Shown here piece by piece: positions 8,050-17,246 of a DNA stretch of 64,000 nucleotides. The stretch comes from an uncultured Spirochaetota bacterium. Lineage in GTDB: Bacteria > Spirochaetota > Spirochaetia > SZUA-6 > Fen-1364. The position numbers were made by a program, and so were the translations under genes. The notes beneath the pieces are model-generated. The model saw only the letters and a program-made list of their open reading frames with translations, did no database searches and was not told the DNA's origin. The number at the start of each line of letters is the position of its first letter. Within the stretch, counting starts at the first letter, position 1. The DNA lies in contig CAWJSK010000019.1 of NCBI GenBank assembly GCA_963845535.1, positions 443,358 through 507,357 of the forward strand. The letters run 5' to 3'.

Positions 8050-10059
8050 GTGAAACTGCGACCGCTGATCGCGTCCTTTCTTTGCCTGCTGCCCGCCACC
8101 ATTCAGGCCCAGACGCTCGATTTCAACGCAGTCCGTTCCTCGGAGCAGTTGCGCCGCGGAGTGCAGGCTTTCCACCGCGGGTTCTTGAGCGACGCAATCG
8201 TCTCCCTCGAAAAAGCCATAAGCTACCAACCTTCAAATACCCTGGCTCAGAAATGGCTGGGGCGCTCGCTATGGAAGTCCGGGTATGAGCAGGAAGCAAT
8301 AAGGACCTGGAACCAGCTTGTCTCCTCCAACGCCGGGGACCCCCTCCTTCGTGACTGGGTCTCGGTCACCGAGCTTCGCCGCGGCCTTGGGCGGGACGTC
8401 GACGGAAAAGCGAAGTGGGTGGTCTCCGCGGAGCTGGACGGCGCGCTCAAAGGCGGGTATGCCTTCCGGCGGCCAACCAGCGTTCGCTCGCGCGCGGACG
8501 GGAGCTTCTGGGTGGTCGCGTTCGGGTCGAATGAGGTCCTGCGGTTCGACGCGGACTTCAAGCTCCTTGGCGTGGTCCGCGGCGGCATTGCGGGGCTCGA
8601 CCATCCCTATGACGTGGCGGAAGCGGGTGACGGAACACTTTACATCTCGGAATACGGGGCCAACCGTATTGCCAAATGCACGCCCGCGGGTGACAAGATC
8701 ACCACCTTCGGCGGGACCGGGCGGGCCGACGGCAAGCTCGTCGGGCCCCAGTACCTCGCGCTGGACGGCAAGGGATACCTGTGGGTGACGGACTGGGGCA
8801 ACGCCCGGGTGGTTCGATACGACCTTGACGGCAAGTTCATCCAGGCCATCGAGGGGATTGGCGGCCCGACGGGCATCGCCGTCTACGAGGACCGGCTCTA
8901 CGTGTCCGACAAGACCTCGAAGCAGGTCCTCATCTACGATCTCAGCGGCAATCCCCTCGGCTCACTCGGTGACGGTGTTCTGACCGGCCCTGAAGGCATC
9001 TCCTTCACGCCTGACGGGCAGCTCTTGGTAGCGGACGCCAACGGCGTCAGGCAGTGCGACGTCGAGAGGGAGGTCTGGACCAGCCTCGGCGACATGAGCG
9101 GCCATACGAAGCGCCTGGTCCAGCAGGCCGCCACGCCCAACGGGCAGGTGCTCGGCGTGGATTTCGACTTGAGCAGGATCGTCCTCATCACGGATACCAC
9201 CTCCCTGTACGCCGGGCTTTTCGTGCACGTGGACCGAATCAACTCCGTGAAGTTCCCTGAAGTCTATGCCGACATTTCCGTGGAAACACGGCTGGGGAGG
9301 CCGGTGGTCGGCCTCGGCGTCGACAATTTCATCGTCACGGAAAACCACTTCTCCGTTGGCCCGACAATCATGGCGCTCGCGAACAAAGACGTGAAAACCT
9401 CGGATGTGTCCCTTGTCATCGAGAGGTCACCAGACTTCGAAAGCGCCCTTTCGGACGCGCGGCAGGCGGCAGGAGACCTCTACGACCTTGCAACAAGGCG
9501 CGGGAGGATCGAGGCCATCTCCGCGGGGGAAACACCGGAGAAAGAAGCCGATTTCGGGCAGACCCGCCTGCGTTTCATTTCGAGCTCCCTCCAAGGGGGG
9601 GCTTCCCCGCAGTGGAAGCTCGGAGCGGCCGTCCGGATGGCCGGGGATGACCTTCTCACCTCGGTCACAGGAGCCAGGCGGGCAATCGTGTTCTTCACCA
9701 CGGGCGCTCCCAACGGCGCGGTCTACGCTCCGTATTCTCTTACCGAGCTGGCCGCATATCTTCGCAACAATTCGATTGCATTCTGCCCGGTTGTTTTTGG
9801 CGAGAAGGAGGCGGGGGACGAGCTGGGCTATCTGGCCTCCGAATCAGGCGGAAAAGTGTTCCAAGCATTCGCGCCCGGCGGAATGAAAGACGTCATGACC
9901 GAGGTGAGCTCAAGGCTCGTGCCCACCTATACCATACGCTATTCTTCTCCAACGCCGCCGCAGTTCGGGGACGCCTACATTCCCTTCGAGGTCGAAGTGA
10001 CCGTGCAAAAGACAAGCGGTCGGGACGAGTTGGGCTACTACGCTCCGCCGAGTCCGTAG
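8050..10059 (+). CDS. Secreted TPR + NHL-repeat beta-propeller + vWA-like domain protein
   Basis: N-terminal signal peptide; NHL repeats (PYDVA..DG.LYISE, PQYLALDG.G.LWVTD, PTGIAV...LYVSD); C-terminal RRAIVFFTTG vWA-like region. Confidence 0.8.
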   Translation: MKLRPLIASFLCLLPATIQAQTLDFNAVRSSEQLRRGVQAFHRGFLSDAIVSLEKAISYQPSNTLAQKWLGRSLWKSGYEQEAIRTWNQLVSSNAGDPLLRDWVSVTELRRGLGRDVDGKAKWVVSAELDGALKGGYAFRRPTSVRSRADGSFWVVAFGSNEVLRFDADFKLLGVVRGGIAGLDHPYDVAEAGDGTLYISEYGANRIAKCTPAGDKITTFGGTGRADGKLVGPQYLALDGKGYLWVTDWGNARVVRYDLDGKFIQAIEGIGGPTGIAVYEDRLYVSDKTSKQVLIYDLSGNPLGSLGDGVLTGPEGISFTPDGQLLVADANGVRQCDVEREVWTSLGDMSGHTKRLVQQAATPNGQVLGVDFDLSRIVLITDTTSLYAGLFVHVDRINSVKFPEVYADISVETRLGRPVVGLGVDNFIVTENHFSVGPTIMALANKDVKTSDVSLVIERSPDFESALSDARQAAGDLYDLATRRGRIEAISAGETPEKEADFGQTRLRFISSSLQGGASPQWKLGAAVRMAGDDLLTSVTGARRAIVFFTTGAPNGAVYAPYSLTELAAYLRNNSIAFCPVVFGEKEAGDELGYLASESGGKVFQAFAPGGMKDVMTEVSSRLVPTYTIRYSSPTPPQFGDAYIPFEVEVTVQKTSGRDELGYYAPPSP

Positions 10060-10079
10060 CGCGCGGGAACCGTGCGGCT

Positions 10080-10718
10080 CTACGCCCTCAAAAACGCCTT
10101 GAGCTTCTCCGACGCGCTGGCCGCGTCCGGGGCATAACCGTCAGCCCCTATCTCCTTGGCGTACTGGTCCGTGAGGGGCGCTCCGCCAACCATGATCTTC
10201 ACCTTCTTGCGCAGACCTTCCTTCTCGAACCTGTCAATGACGTCTTTCATTCCCGTCATTGTCGTGGTCAGGAGCGCCGACATGCCGATTGCTTTTGCGT
10301 CGGGATTGTCCTTGAGACCCTGGATGAACTTGTCCGCCGACACGTCGATCCCCATGTCGACAACCTCGATGCCGGCGCCCTGCGCCATCATCTTGACCAG
10401 GTTCTTCCCGATGTCGTGCAGGTCCCCCTTCACGGTCCCGATGAGCATTTTCCCCACGGGCTTGACGCCGGCCTTGACGAGCTCCGGCTTCAGGATATCC
10501 ATGCTGGCGTTCATGGCCCGCGCCGCAATGAGGACTTCCGGGATGTAGATCTCGTTGCATTTGAAGCGCTGCCCGACTTTGTCCATTCCGTCCAGGAGGC
10601 CTTTGTTCAGGATGTCCCCGGCCCCGTTCTTGTCCGCCAGGAGCGCTGAGGTGAGCTCCTTCGCCTTGGGAGCGTTGCCCTTCTGGATAGCTTCCGACAG
10701 TTCCTGGAAAGTTGCCAA
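10080..10718 (-). CDS. Corrinoid (cobalamin-binding) protein, MtaC/MetH cap + B12 domain
   Basis: GDLHDIGKNLV (DxHxxG), MSALLTTT, MVGGAP, GADGYA; TTG start after GGAGG RBS. Confidence 0.92.
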   Translation of the reverse strand: MATFQELSEAIQKGNAPKAKELTSALLADKNGAGDILNKGLLDGMDKVGQRFKCNEIYIPEVLIAARAMNASMDILKPELVKAGVKPVGKMLIGTVKGDLHDIGKNLVKMMAQGAGIEVVDMGIDVSADKFIQGLKDNPDAKAIGMSALLTTTMTGMKDVIDRFEKEGLRKKVKIMVGGAPLTDQYAKEIGADGYAPDAASASEKLKAFLRA

Positions 10719-10857
10719 GGCAGTCCTCCTGTGTGGGCTTCGACACTCTGAGGAGCGCGCTGCCTTGCGAAAATCTTGCCGCAGCAGCATTCTCTTGGTT
10801 GCCAGAAAGTGCCGAACGTGATACTCTGATATATCATTCTGATTCAGGAGAAACCCC

Positions 10858-11091
10858 GTGTCAAGAGGACGCCCGGAAATCGACCACGAAAGGTGCAAGG
10901 GCTGCACCCTCTGCGTCGGCGCATGCCCTGAAAAAATCATTACCATGTCGAAAGAGGAGTTCAACCGCCAGGGACTTCCCTTCGCCGTGTGCTTTGACGA
11001 ATCGCGGTGTACCGCTTGCATGTCCTGCGCAATCATCTGCCCGGACTCCGCAATCACGGTGTTGAGGTTTGCCGCAGCCTCGGGAGAGTAG
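10858..11091 (+). CDS. 2x[4Fe-4S] ferredoxin, delta subunit of 2-oxoacid:ferredoxin oxidoreductase
   Basis: CKGCTLCVGACP and CTACMSCAIICP; first gene of the OFOR operon. Confidence 0.92.
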   Translation: MSRGRPEIDHERCKGCTLCVGACPEKIITMSKEEFNRQGLPFAVCFDESRCTACMSCAIICPDSAITVLRFAAASGE

Positions 11092-11094
11092 CTC

Positions 11095-12165
11095 ATGGAG
11101 ACCATCACAGAAACCGCGCCCGTGCTGATGAAGGGCAACGAGGCAATCGGCGAAGCTGCCATCATTGCCGGCTGCCGCTTCTATTTCGGATATCCCATCA
11201 CCCCGCAGAACGAGCTTCCCGCGTACATGGCGCTGCGCCTTCCCAAGGTCAGTGGGACGTTCATCCAGGCGGAGAGCGAGGTTGCAGCCATCAACATGGT
11301 GTTCGGCGCCTCTGCCGCGGGCGCGCGCGCCATGACCTCTTCGTCATCACCCGGGATCAGCCTGAAGATGGAAGGCATTTCCTACCTGTCGGGCGCGGAG
11401 CTGCCAGCGGTCGTGGTGAACATGATGCGTGGCGGGCCCGGGCTGGGCAATATCGCCGGCGCCCAGGGGGATTATTTCCAGGCCGTCAAGGGAGGCGGCC
11501 ATGGAGACTACCGCTGCATCGTGCTTGCTCCCAGCTCGGTGCAGGAGCTGGCGGACCTCACCGTGAAGGCATTCGACCTGGCGGACAAATACCGCATGGT
11601 GGTCATGATCCTCGGTGACGGGTTCATAGGCCAGATGTCGGAGCCCGTCGTCATGCCGAAGCCCTCCGGAGAGAGCTTCGACAAGAGCGGGTGGACGCTG
11701 ACCGGGGCACGAGGGAGGGAGACGCACATCATCGCCTCCCTGCGCCTGAACCCCGAAGATGCCCTCCTGAAGCTGAACCTCCGGCTCCAGGCCAAGTACC
11801 AGGAGGTGGCGGGGAAGGAGATCCTCTGGGAGGAAACGGAGGCCGCTGACGCGGACTACCTCCTGTGCGGGTTTGGTCTTTCCGCCCGCATCTGCCGTTC
11901 CGCGGTACATGATCTTCGCAAGGAAGGTGTCAAAGCGGGACTCTTCCGCCCCATCACGCTATGGCCTTTCCCGGAGGCGGCTCTCGCAAAGGCCGCCAGA
12001 GGGAAGAAGAAGCTGCTCGTCGTGGAGATGAACGCCGGGCAGATGGTGGAAGACGTGAAGCTCGCCATCGGTTCCTCACTTCCTGTGGATTTCCTGGGCA
12101 CCCTGGGAGGCATCACGCCGCAGGTGGATGCCATCGTCGAAAGGATCAGGTCATATGCCCGTTGA
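11095..12165 (+). CDS. vorB: 2-oxoacid:ferredoxin oxidoreductase alpha subunit (VorB-like)
   Basis: MKGNEAI, GYPITPQ, QAESEVAA, TSSSSPG, RGGPGLG. Confidence 0.85.
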   Translation: METITETAPVLMKGNEAIGEAAIIAGCRFYFGYPITPQNELPAYMALRLPKVSGTFIQAESEVAAINMVFGASAAGARAMTSSSSPGISLKMEGISYLSGAELPAVVVNMMRGGPGLGNIAGAQGDYFQAVKGGGHGDYRCIVLAPSSVQELADLTVKAFDLADKYRMVVMILGDGFIGQMSEPVVMPKPSGESFDKSGWTLTGARGRETHIIASLRLNPEDALLKLNLRLQAKYQEVAGKEILWEETEAADADYLLCGFGLSARICRSAVHDLRKEGVKAGLFRPITLWPFPEAALAKAARGKKKLLVVEMNAGQMVEDVKLAIGSSLPVDFLGTLGGITPQVDAIVERIRSYAR

Positions 12166-12910
12166 AACAGCTCCTGCGCGGTTGGTGTACAAAAGACCGG
12201 AATCCCTCGCGGACGTCCCCAACCACTACTGTCCCGGGTGCGGCCACGGAATCATTCACAAGCTCCTCGCGCAGTGCATTGACGAGCTGGGCATCCGGGA
12301 GACCACCATCCTGGTGGCGCCCGTGGGGTGCTCCGTCCTTGCGTACAACTACCTGCGCGTTGACGGATGTGAAGCGGCGCACGGACGCGCCCCCGCCGTT
12401 GCCACGGGGCTCAAGCGGGTCCATCCCGACCGCATCGTCATTTCCTACCAGGGAGATGGGGACCTGCTCGCCATCGGCACCGGGGAAACCATCCACGCCG
12501 CAAACCGCGGAGAGAAGATCACGGTCGTCTTCGTGAACAACGCCATCTACGGAATGACGGGCGGGCAGATGGCGCCCACCTCGCTGCAGGCGCAGAAGAC
12601 CAAGACCTCGCCGTACGGGAGAAACCCCAACGAAGCGGGATACCCCATTCGGGCGTGCGAGCTGCTCAACACGCTGGAATCGCCCGTGTTCATCGAGCGC
12701 TGCGCCGTCAACACGGTGAAGAACGTGCTGCGGACAAAGAAGGCGCTGATGAAGGGCCTGCGCAACCAGACGGAAGGCAAGGGCTATTCATTCATCGAGG
12801 TGCTCTCCATGTGCCCCACCGGTTGGGGGATGGAGCCGCGAGACGCTGCTGCCTGGGTGGATTCCGACATGGTTCCGTTCTTCCCGCTCCGAAACTTCAG
12901 GGACAAGTAG
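12155..12910 (+). CDS. 2-oxoacid:ferredoxin oxidoreductase beta (ThDP-binding) subunit
   Basis: YCPGCGH, HGRA, GDGD...NNAIYGMTGGQ ThDP motif, SMCPT. Confidence 0.92.
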   Translation: MPVETAPARLVYKRPESLADVPNHYCPGCGHGIIHKLLAQCIDELGIRETTILVAPVGCSVLAYNYLRVDGCEAAHGRAPAVATGLKRVHPDRIVISYQGDGDLLAIGTGETIHAANRGEKITVVFVNNAIYGMTGGQMAPTSLQAQKTKTSPYGRNPNEAGYPIRACELLNTLESPVFIERCAVNTVKNVLRTKKALMKGLRNQTEGKGYSFIEVLSMCPTGWGMEPRDAAAWVDSDMVPFFPLRNFRDK

Positions 12911-12919
12911 GGGGCCGTC

Positions 12920-13456
12920 GTGTACGAAGACATTTTCATTGCCGGTTTCGGCGGCCAGGGAGTCATCCTTGCCGGGAAAATCATCTGCCTTGCCGCGATG
13001 GGGGAGGGCAAGCACGTATCCCATATCCCCGCCTACGGGGCGGAGATGCGCGGCGGAACGGCCAACTGCTCGGTGGTGGTTTCCGACGGCGAAATCGCTT
13101 CCCCTCTGGTGCCGTCCCCATCGATCTGCATCGTCCTGAACACGCCGTCCCTCATCAAGTTCCAGCCCATTGTCCGCGCCGGGGGGCTTTTGATCTGGAA
13201 CAAATCCCTCATAGACATGAAGCCTGATCGGACCGACATCGAGGTGCTGGCCATTGCCGCCAACGAGCTCGCGGAGGCGGCCGGGTCCTACAAGGCCGCC
13301 AACATGGCGGCTCTGGGTGCGCTCCTCAAGAGGCGCCCCTCCATTGCCTCCCTGGACGCCGTGGAGGCATGCCTGGACAAGGCCGTGTCCGCGCGGCACC
13401 GCGAGCTCAACGAAATCAACCGCAAGGCCCTTGCAAAGGGTTATGAAGCCGCCTAA
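12920..13456 (+). CDS. 2-oxoacid:ferredoxin oxidoreductase gamma subunit
   Basis: AGFGGQG, YGAEMRGG, ANMAALG. Confidence 0.92.
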   Translation: MYEDIFIAGFGGQGVILAGKIICLAAMGEGKHVSHIPAYGAEMRGGTANCSVVVSDGEIASPLVPSPSICIVLNTPSLIKFQPIVRAGGLLIWNKSLIDMKPDRTDIEVLAIAANELAEAAGSYKAANMAALGALLKRRPSIASLDAVEACLDKAVSARHRELNEINRKALAKGYEAA

Positions 13457-14147
13457 GGGGGCAGACGCCCGGTTTCGGTTCCTTTTCTGGCGGACTGACT
13501 TCGTCGGCATCGCCATGATCGTGAGCGGGCTCTTCTTCCTGCTCGTCAACTTCAAGCTCGTCCCCGTCAGCGCATTCGTTCTTCCCCGCGTGCTCGGGGT
13601 GCTGTTCATTGTCGTGGGACTGATCTTCCTGTTCCTCTCCGGGGCGGGGAGCTGGATGTCATGGTTCGTCATCCCCGCGGGAGAGCTTATAACCTGCGGC
13701 ATTGTGACGCTCATCCTGGGGCTCGGGGGAATTTTTACCCTGGATTCAGCAGGGTTCTTCGCGCTGGGACTCGGGCTTTCGTTTTTGACCCTTTTCTTTT
13801 CCCTGCGCAGCCACTGGTGGATGCTGATACCGGCGGGCTTCTCCATAGGGGCCGCGGCAGGGATCCTGGTTGGCAGCCACTACGCGCTGATCGGCTGGCA
13901 TCCCGTCATTCCCCTGTTCTTCCTTGGCGTGGCATTTCTCGTGATCTACCTGTACTCAGTCCAGCGGCAGCGTATGCGCTGGAGCCTCCTGGTCGGCTTC
14001 ATCATCGTTTCCGTCTCCTTCCTGTACCTCCTGGGAATCCTCCTTGCCCGCTGGAGCATCCTCTGGCCCGTGGTGCTGCTCCTGGCGGGGCTTCTCATTC
14101 CGATTTGGATCGTATTCATCGACAGGCGGGCCGGAGGCAGGATCTGA
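13443..14147 (+). CDS. Multi-pass membrane protein with repeated W-x-x-IPAG units (LiaF/LiaI-like)
   Basis: About 8 hydrophobic segments; WFVIPAG and WMLIPAG repeats, LWPVVLLLAG; overlaps genes on both sides. Confidence 0.7.
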   Translation: MKPPKGADARFRFLFWRTDFVGIAMIVSGLFFLLVNFKLVPVSAFVLPRVLGVLFIVVGLIFLFLSGAGSWMSWFVIPAGELITCGIVTLILGLGGIFTLDSAGFFALGLGLSFLTLFFSLRSHWWMLIPAGFSIGAAAGILVGSHYALIGWHPVIPLFFLGVAFLVIYLYSVQRQRMRWSLLVGFIIVSVSFLYLLGILLARWSILWPVVLLLAGLLIPIWIVFIDRRAGGRI

Positions 14148-15553
14148 TGCCGACCCGTCTTGTGTTCCTGGGGGCAGCCCGGAGCGTTACCGGATCCCGT
14201 TTCCTGCTGGAATCAGACGGCGCCATGATCCTCGTGGACTGCGGTCTTTCCCAGGAGCGGGACTTGCAGGCAAAAAACTGGGAGCCGTTTCCCATTGCGC
14301 CGGACCGCATAGACGCGCTTCTCCTGACCCATGCCCACCTGGATCACTGCGGGCTGATCCCCCGGCTGGTAAAAGAAGGCTTCCACGGGAAGATATTCAC
14401 CACCGGACCAACCGCGGAGATCGCGCAGATCGTGATGGCGGATTCCGCGCGTCTGCAGGTTGAAGACGCGGAGAACAAGAAGTCGCGCCACGCCCGGGAA
14501 GGGCGTGAGAGTCCCCGACCTCTTGCGCCCCTGTACACGGAGAAAGACGCCCAAAACGCGTCATCTTTGTTTCAGACCGTGGAGTTCCAGCAGAGCGTCA
14601 GCGTGGCTCGCGGCATCCAGGCTGAGTTCTTCGAAGCCGGGCACATCCTGGGCTCCGCTTCCATCAGGGTCAGGTTCGGCACAAACTCTGACGCGCGGAC
14701 GGTGCTTTTTTCCGGAGACATCGGCCGCTGGGACAGGCCCATCATCAATGATCCCAGCCCCTGCGACCAGGCGGACTACGTGCTGATGGAATCCACCTAT
14801 GGGGACTCCCTGCACGGCAGTGACGCCGAGATAACACAGACGCTGGAGAAGGTGGTCACGGGAACCGTTGCGGCGGGCGGGAACGTGGTGATCCCCAGCT
14901 TCGCCATCGAGCGGTCCCAGGAGGTGTTGTACTATCTCAACAACCTCCTTCTCGCGAACAAGATCCCGCATCTGCTCGTCTTCCTCGACAGCCCCATGGC
15001 CTCGAAGGTCACAGACGTTTTCAGCCATTGGCCCGACTTCTTTGACACCGACATGCGTGAGTTGATCCGCCAGAACCGCTCGCCCTTCGATCTGCCAGGG
15101 CTCGTCATGGCCCGAAGCAGGGAAGACTCCAAGGCAATCAACAGGATAGCCGGCAGCGTGGTCATCATTGCAGGGGCGGGCATGTGCACGGGAGGGCGGA
15201 TCAAGCATCACCTCGTCAGGAACATCTCACGCCCGGAAAGCGCGGTGCTTTTTGTCGGATACCAGGCGCAGGGGACTCTTGGCCGCCAGATCGTGGAAGG
15301 AGCCGCGGAGGTCCGCGTCCTCGGGGAACGGCAGGCGGTAAGGGCAAAAATAGCGCGAATCTCGGGGTTTTCGGGCCACGCGGACCGTGAAGAGCTCCTG
15401 CGCTGGGCGTCATTCATCAAGCGGCCGCCGCGGACTGCGTTCATCATTCACGGTGAGCCGCAGGTTTCAGAGCATTTCCGTTCGACGCTTGCGGAGAAGA
15501 AGGGGTGGAACGCCATTGTTCCATCACCCGGCCAATCGGTTCAGCTGAGCTGA
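14147..15553 (+). CDS. MBL-fold beta-CASP ribonuclease (YSH1/TTHA0252-like)
   Basis: VTGS, VDCG, THAHLDH, AGHILGS, SGD, ESTYG, FSGHAD; TGATG overlap start. Confidence 0.92.
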   Translation: MPTRLVFLGAARSVTGSRFLLESDGAMILVDCGLSQERDLQAKNWEPFPIAPDRIDALLLTHAHLDHCGLIPRLVKEGFHGKIFTTGPTAEIAQIVMADSARLQVEDAENKKSRHAREGRESPRPLAPLYTEKDAQNASSLFQTVEFQQSVSVARGIQAEFFEAGHILGSASIRVRFGTNSDARTVLFSGDIGRWDRPIINDPSPCDQADYVLMESTYGDSLHGSDAEITQTLEKVVTGTVAAGGNVVIPSFAIERSQEVLYYLNNLLLANKIPHLLVFLDSPMASKVTDVFSHWPDFFDTDMRELIRQNRSPFDLPGLVMARSREDSKAINRIAGSVVIIAGAGMCTGGRIKHHLVRNISRPESAVLFVGYQAQGTLGRQIVEGAAEVRVLGERQAVRAKIARISGFSGHADREELLRWASFIKRPPRTAFIIHGEPQVSEHFRSTLAEKKGWNAIVPSPGQSVQLS

Positions 15554-15587
15554 CAGAAGAAGCCTCTGCTCGCGGAGGTGAAAACCC

Positions 15588-17246
15588 TCAATATTTGAAG
15601 GCGCTCTCTCCGATGAACTCACGCAGGATGGAGGTGGCGGGCACCCATTGGGGGTGAAGCGGCGCGAAGTTTTCCAGGAAGGAAAGCAGGCGGCGCGCCT
15701 CCTGGTATTCCGGGAGGTCCGGCTTGACGGATGCGAGCAGCGGTTCGGCGTACACCTTGAGCACGGCCAACTCGTAGTCGAGCGCCGAGTTGAAGGCCGA
15801 GTCGGCGGCGTTCTGGAAAGGAAAGATGTTTCGATCCTCACCCCGCCGCACGGAAGGCCACATGGTAAGCGTTTGCCCCGCGGAATGGCCTCGGAACTGG
15901 TTGTCCCTCACCATCCTTCTGATGAGCCGGTTGTCCGTGGTGGCAATCCTGTTGTGGTCGTCGAGGTTGAGCTGCGTCAGCGCGGAGACGTACACCTTGT
16001 GCTTCTGGTCCCGCGGAACCAGCGGCGTGAGGGCATCGTTCAAGCCATGGATCCCCTCCAGGATGAGGATTGCGCGCTCGGGAAAGCGCATGCGCAATCC
16101 AGCGGGCTTGCGCTTGCCGGCGTGAAAGTCGAAAAGCGGCGTCTCCACCTCTTCACCGGCGAGCAGACCGACGAGGTGCTTGTTCAGCAGCTCGACGTCC
16201 AGGGCCTCCAGGGATTCAAAGTCGGGCTTCCCTTCCTCATCCAACGGCGTGAGCTCATGAGGTTTGTAATAGTCGTCCAGGGAGATGGTGACGGGATTCC
16301 TGCCTACAACGCGAAGCTGGATCATCAGTTTCTTGGAGAACGTGGTCTTGCCGGACGATGAAGGGCCGGCAATCAGGACGCAACGGACGGCTTCCCTTTT
16401 CGCCGTGATCCTGTCCGCGATTTCCGCGATCTTCTTGTTCTGGAGGGCTTCCGCCACCTGCACGAACTCCTGGATCCCGCCATCACGTATCAGCTCGTCG
16501 AGCCTTCCGACGGAGCCCACCCGGAGTATTTTTCCCCAGTTTTTGTATTCCCGGTAGATGGAGTACAGCACGGGGTTGTCCTGGAACGGGCCGAGGTCCT
16601 CCGGCGCGTGCGATGACGGGTAGCGCAGCAGGAATCCCGGCGGATACCCTTTGATCCCGAAAACGGAAAGCAGCCCCGTGCACGGTACGAGCGGGCCGTG
16701 GGACAGGTCCAGGTATCCCTCGCAGGAGTTGACCCTGATGGACGGGTCGTTGCGATTCTTCAGGAGCAGGACGGTGTCGGGCTGGTTGTGCTTCTCGAAA
16801 TACTCCACCGCCTCCCGGTAGGAAAGCAACAAGGAGATGATTGGCGCGTCCCGTGCGACGATTTCCCGCATGGCGCTTTCGAGGCGCTCCACATCCGAAG
16901 CGGAAAGCCCCTCCATTCCGTCCAGGTAGTAGAAGTAGCTCTGCCCTAATGAATGCCCAATAATGAGCCTGTGCCGGGGGAACGCCTTCTTTGAAGCCAT
17001 GGACAGGAGGAAGCACAGCGACTTCCTGTAGATGAGAACCCCTTCCTTGCTTTCCAGGTCCACGGGTTCCAGCGTGCAGTTCACCGTCAGGGCGGATTCC
17101 AGGCTCACCACTTCGTTGTTGAGCCGGGCGGCAACCGCGGCATGCGCGCTCCTGGGAAAGCAGGGGTCTGCGGCGGCCTCCCGTACGGGAGTGCCGGCCA
17201 GGAACTCACGCGCCTGCCCGTTGGGGTAGGTCACCCGGACATTCAT
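15588..17246 (-). CDS. Nucleoside (uridine) kinase with N-terminal TGS/ThrRS-like domain
   Basis: N-terminal ThrRS-like region (YRKSL..LL, IGHSLG); AGPSSSGKTT P-loop; LDDYY; EGIHGLN. Confidence 0.88.
   Translation of the reverse strand: MNVRVTYPNGQAREFLAGTPVREAAADPCFPRSAHAAVAARLNNEVVSLESALTVNCTLEPVDLESKEGVLIYRKSLCFLLSMASKKAFPRHRLIIGHSLGQSYFYYLDGMEGLSASDVERLESAMREIVARDAPIISLLLSYREAVEYFEKHNQPDTVLLLKNRNDPSIRVNSCEGYLDLSHGPLVPCTGLLSVFGIKGYPPGFLLRYPSSHAPEDLGPFQDNPVLYSIYREYKNWGKILRVGSVGRLDELIRDGGIQEFVQVAEALQNKKIAEIADRITAKREAVRCVLIAGPSSSGKTTFSKKLMIQLRVVGRNPVTISLDDYYKPHELTPLDEEGKPDFESLEALDVELLNKHLVGLLAGEEVETPLFDFHAGKRKPAGLRMRFPERAILILEGIHGLNDALTPLVPRDQKHKVYVSALTQLNLDDHNRIATTDNRLIRRMVRDNQFRGHSAGQTLTMWPSVRRGEDRNIFPFQNAADSAFNSALDYELAVLKVYAEPLLASVKPDLPEYQEARRLLSFLENFAPLHPQWVPATSILREFIGESAFKY

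Noticed and set aside
10719-11165. N-terminal extension of the corrinoid protein in the ORF track
   Set aside because: Antisense to the ferredoxin gene; GGAGG RBS and TTG start at 10718 give the normal ~212 aa size
13661-14146. Apparent 630 aa beta-CASP protein with a long N-terminus
   Set aside because: The extension overlaps the membrane-protein gene in another frame; MBL motifs start at ATG 14147
14147-15553. MBL nuclease plus membrane protein as an anti-phage system
   Set aside because: It is a canonical housekeeping beta-CASP RNase in a core metabolic context with no defence genes nearby
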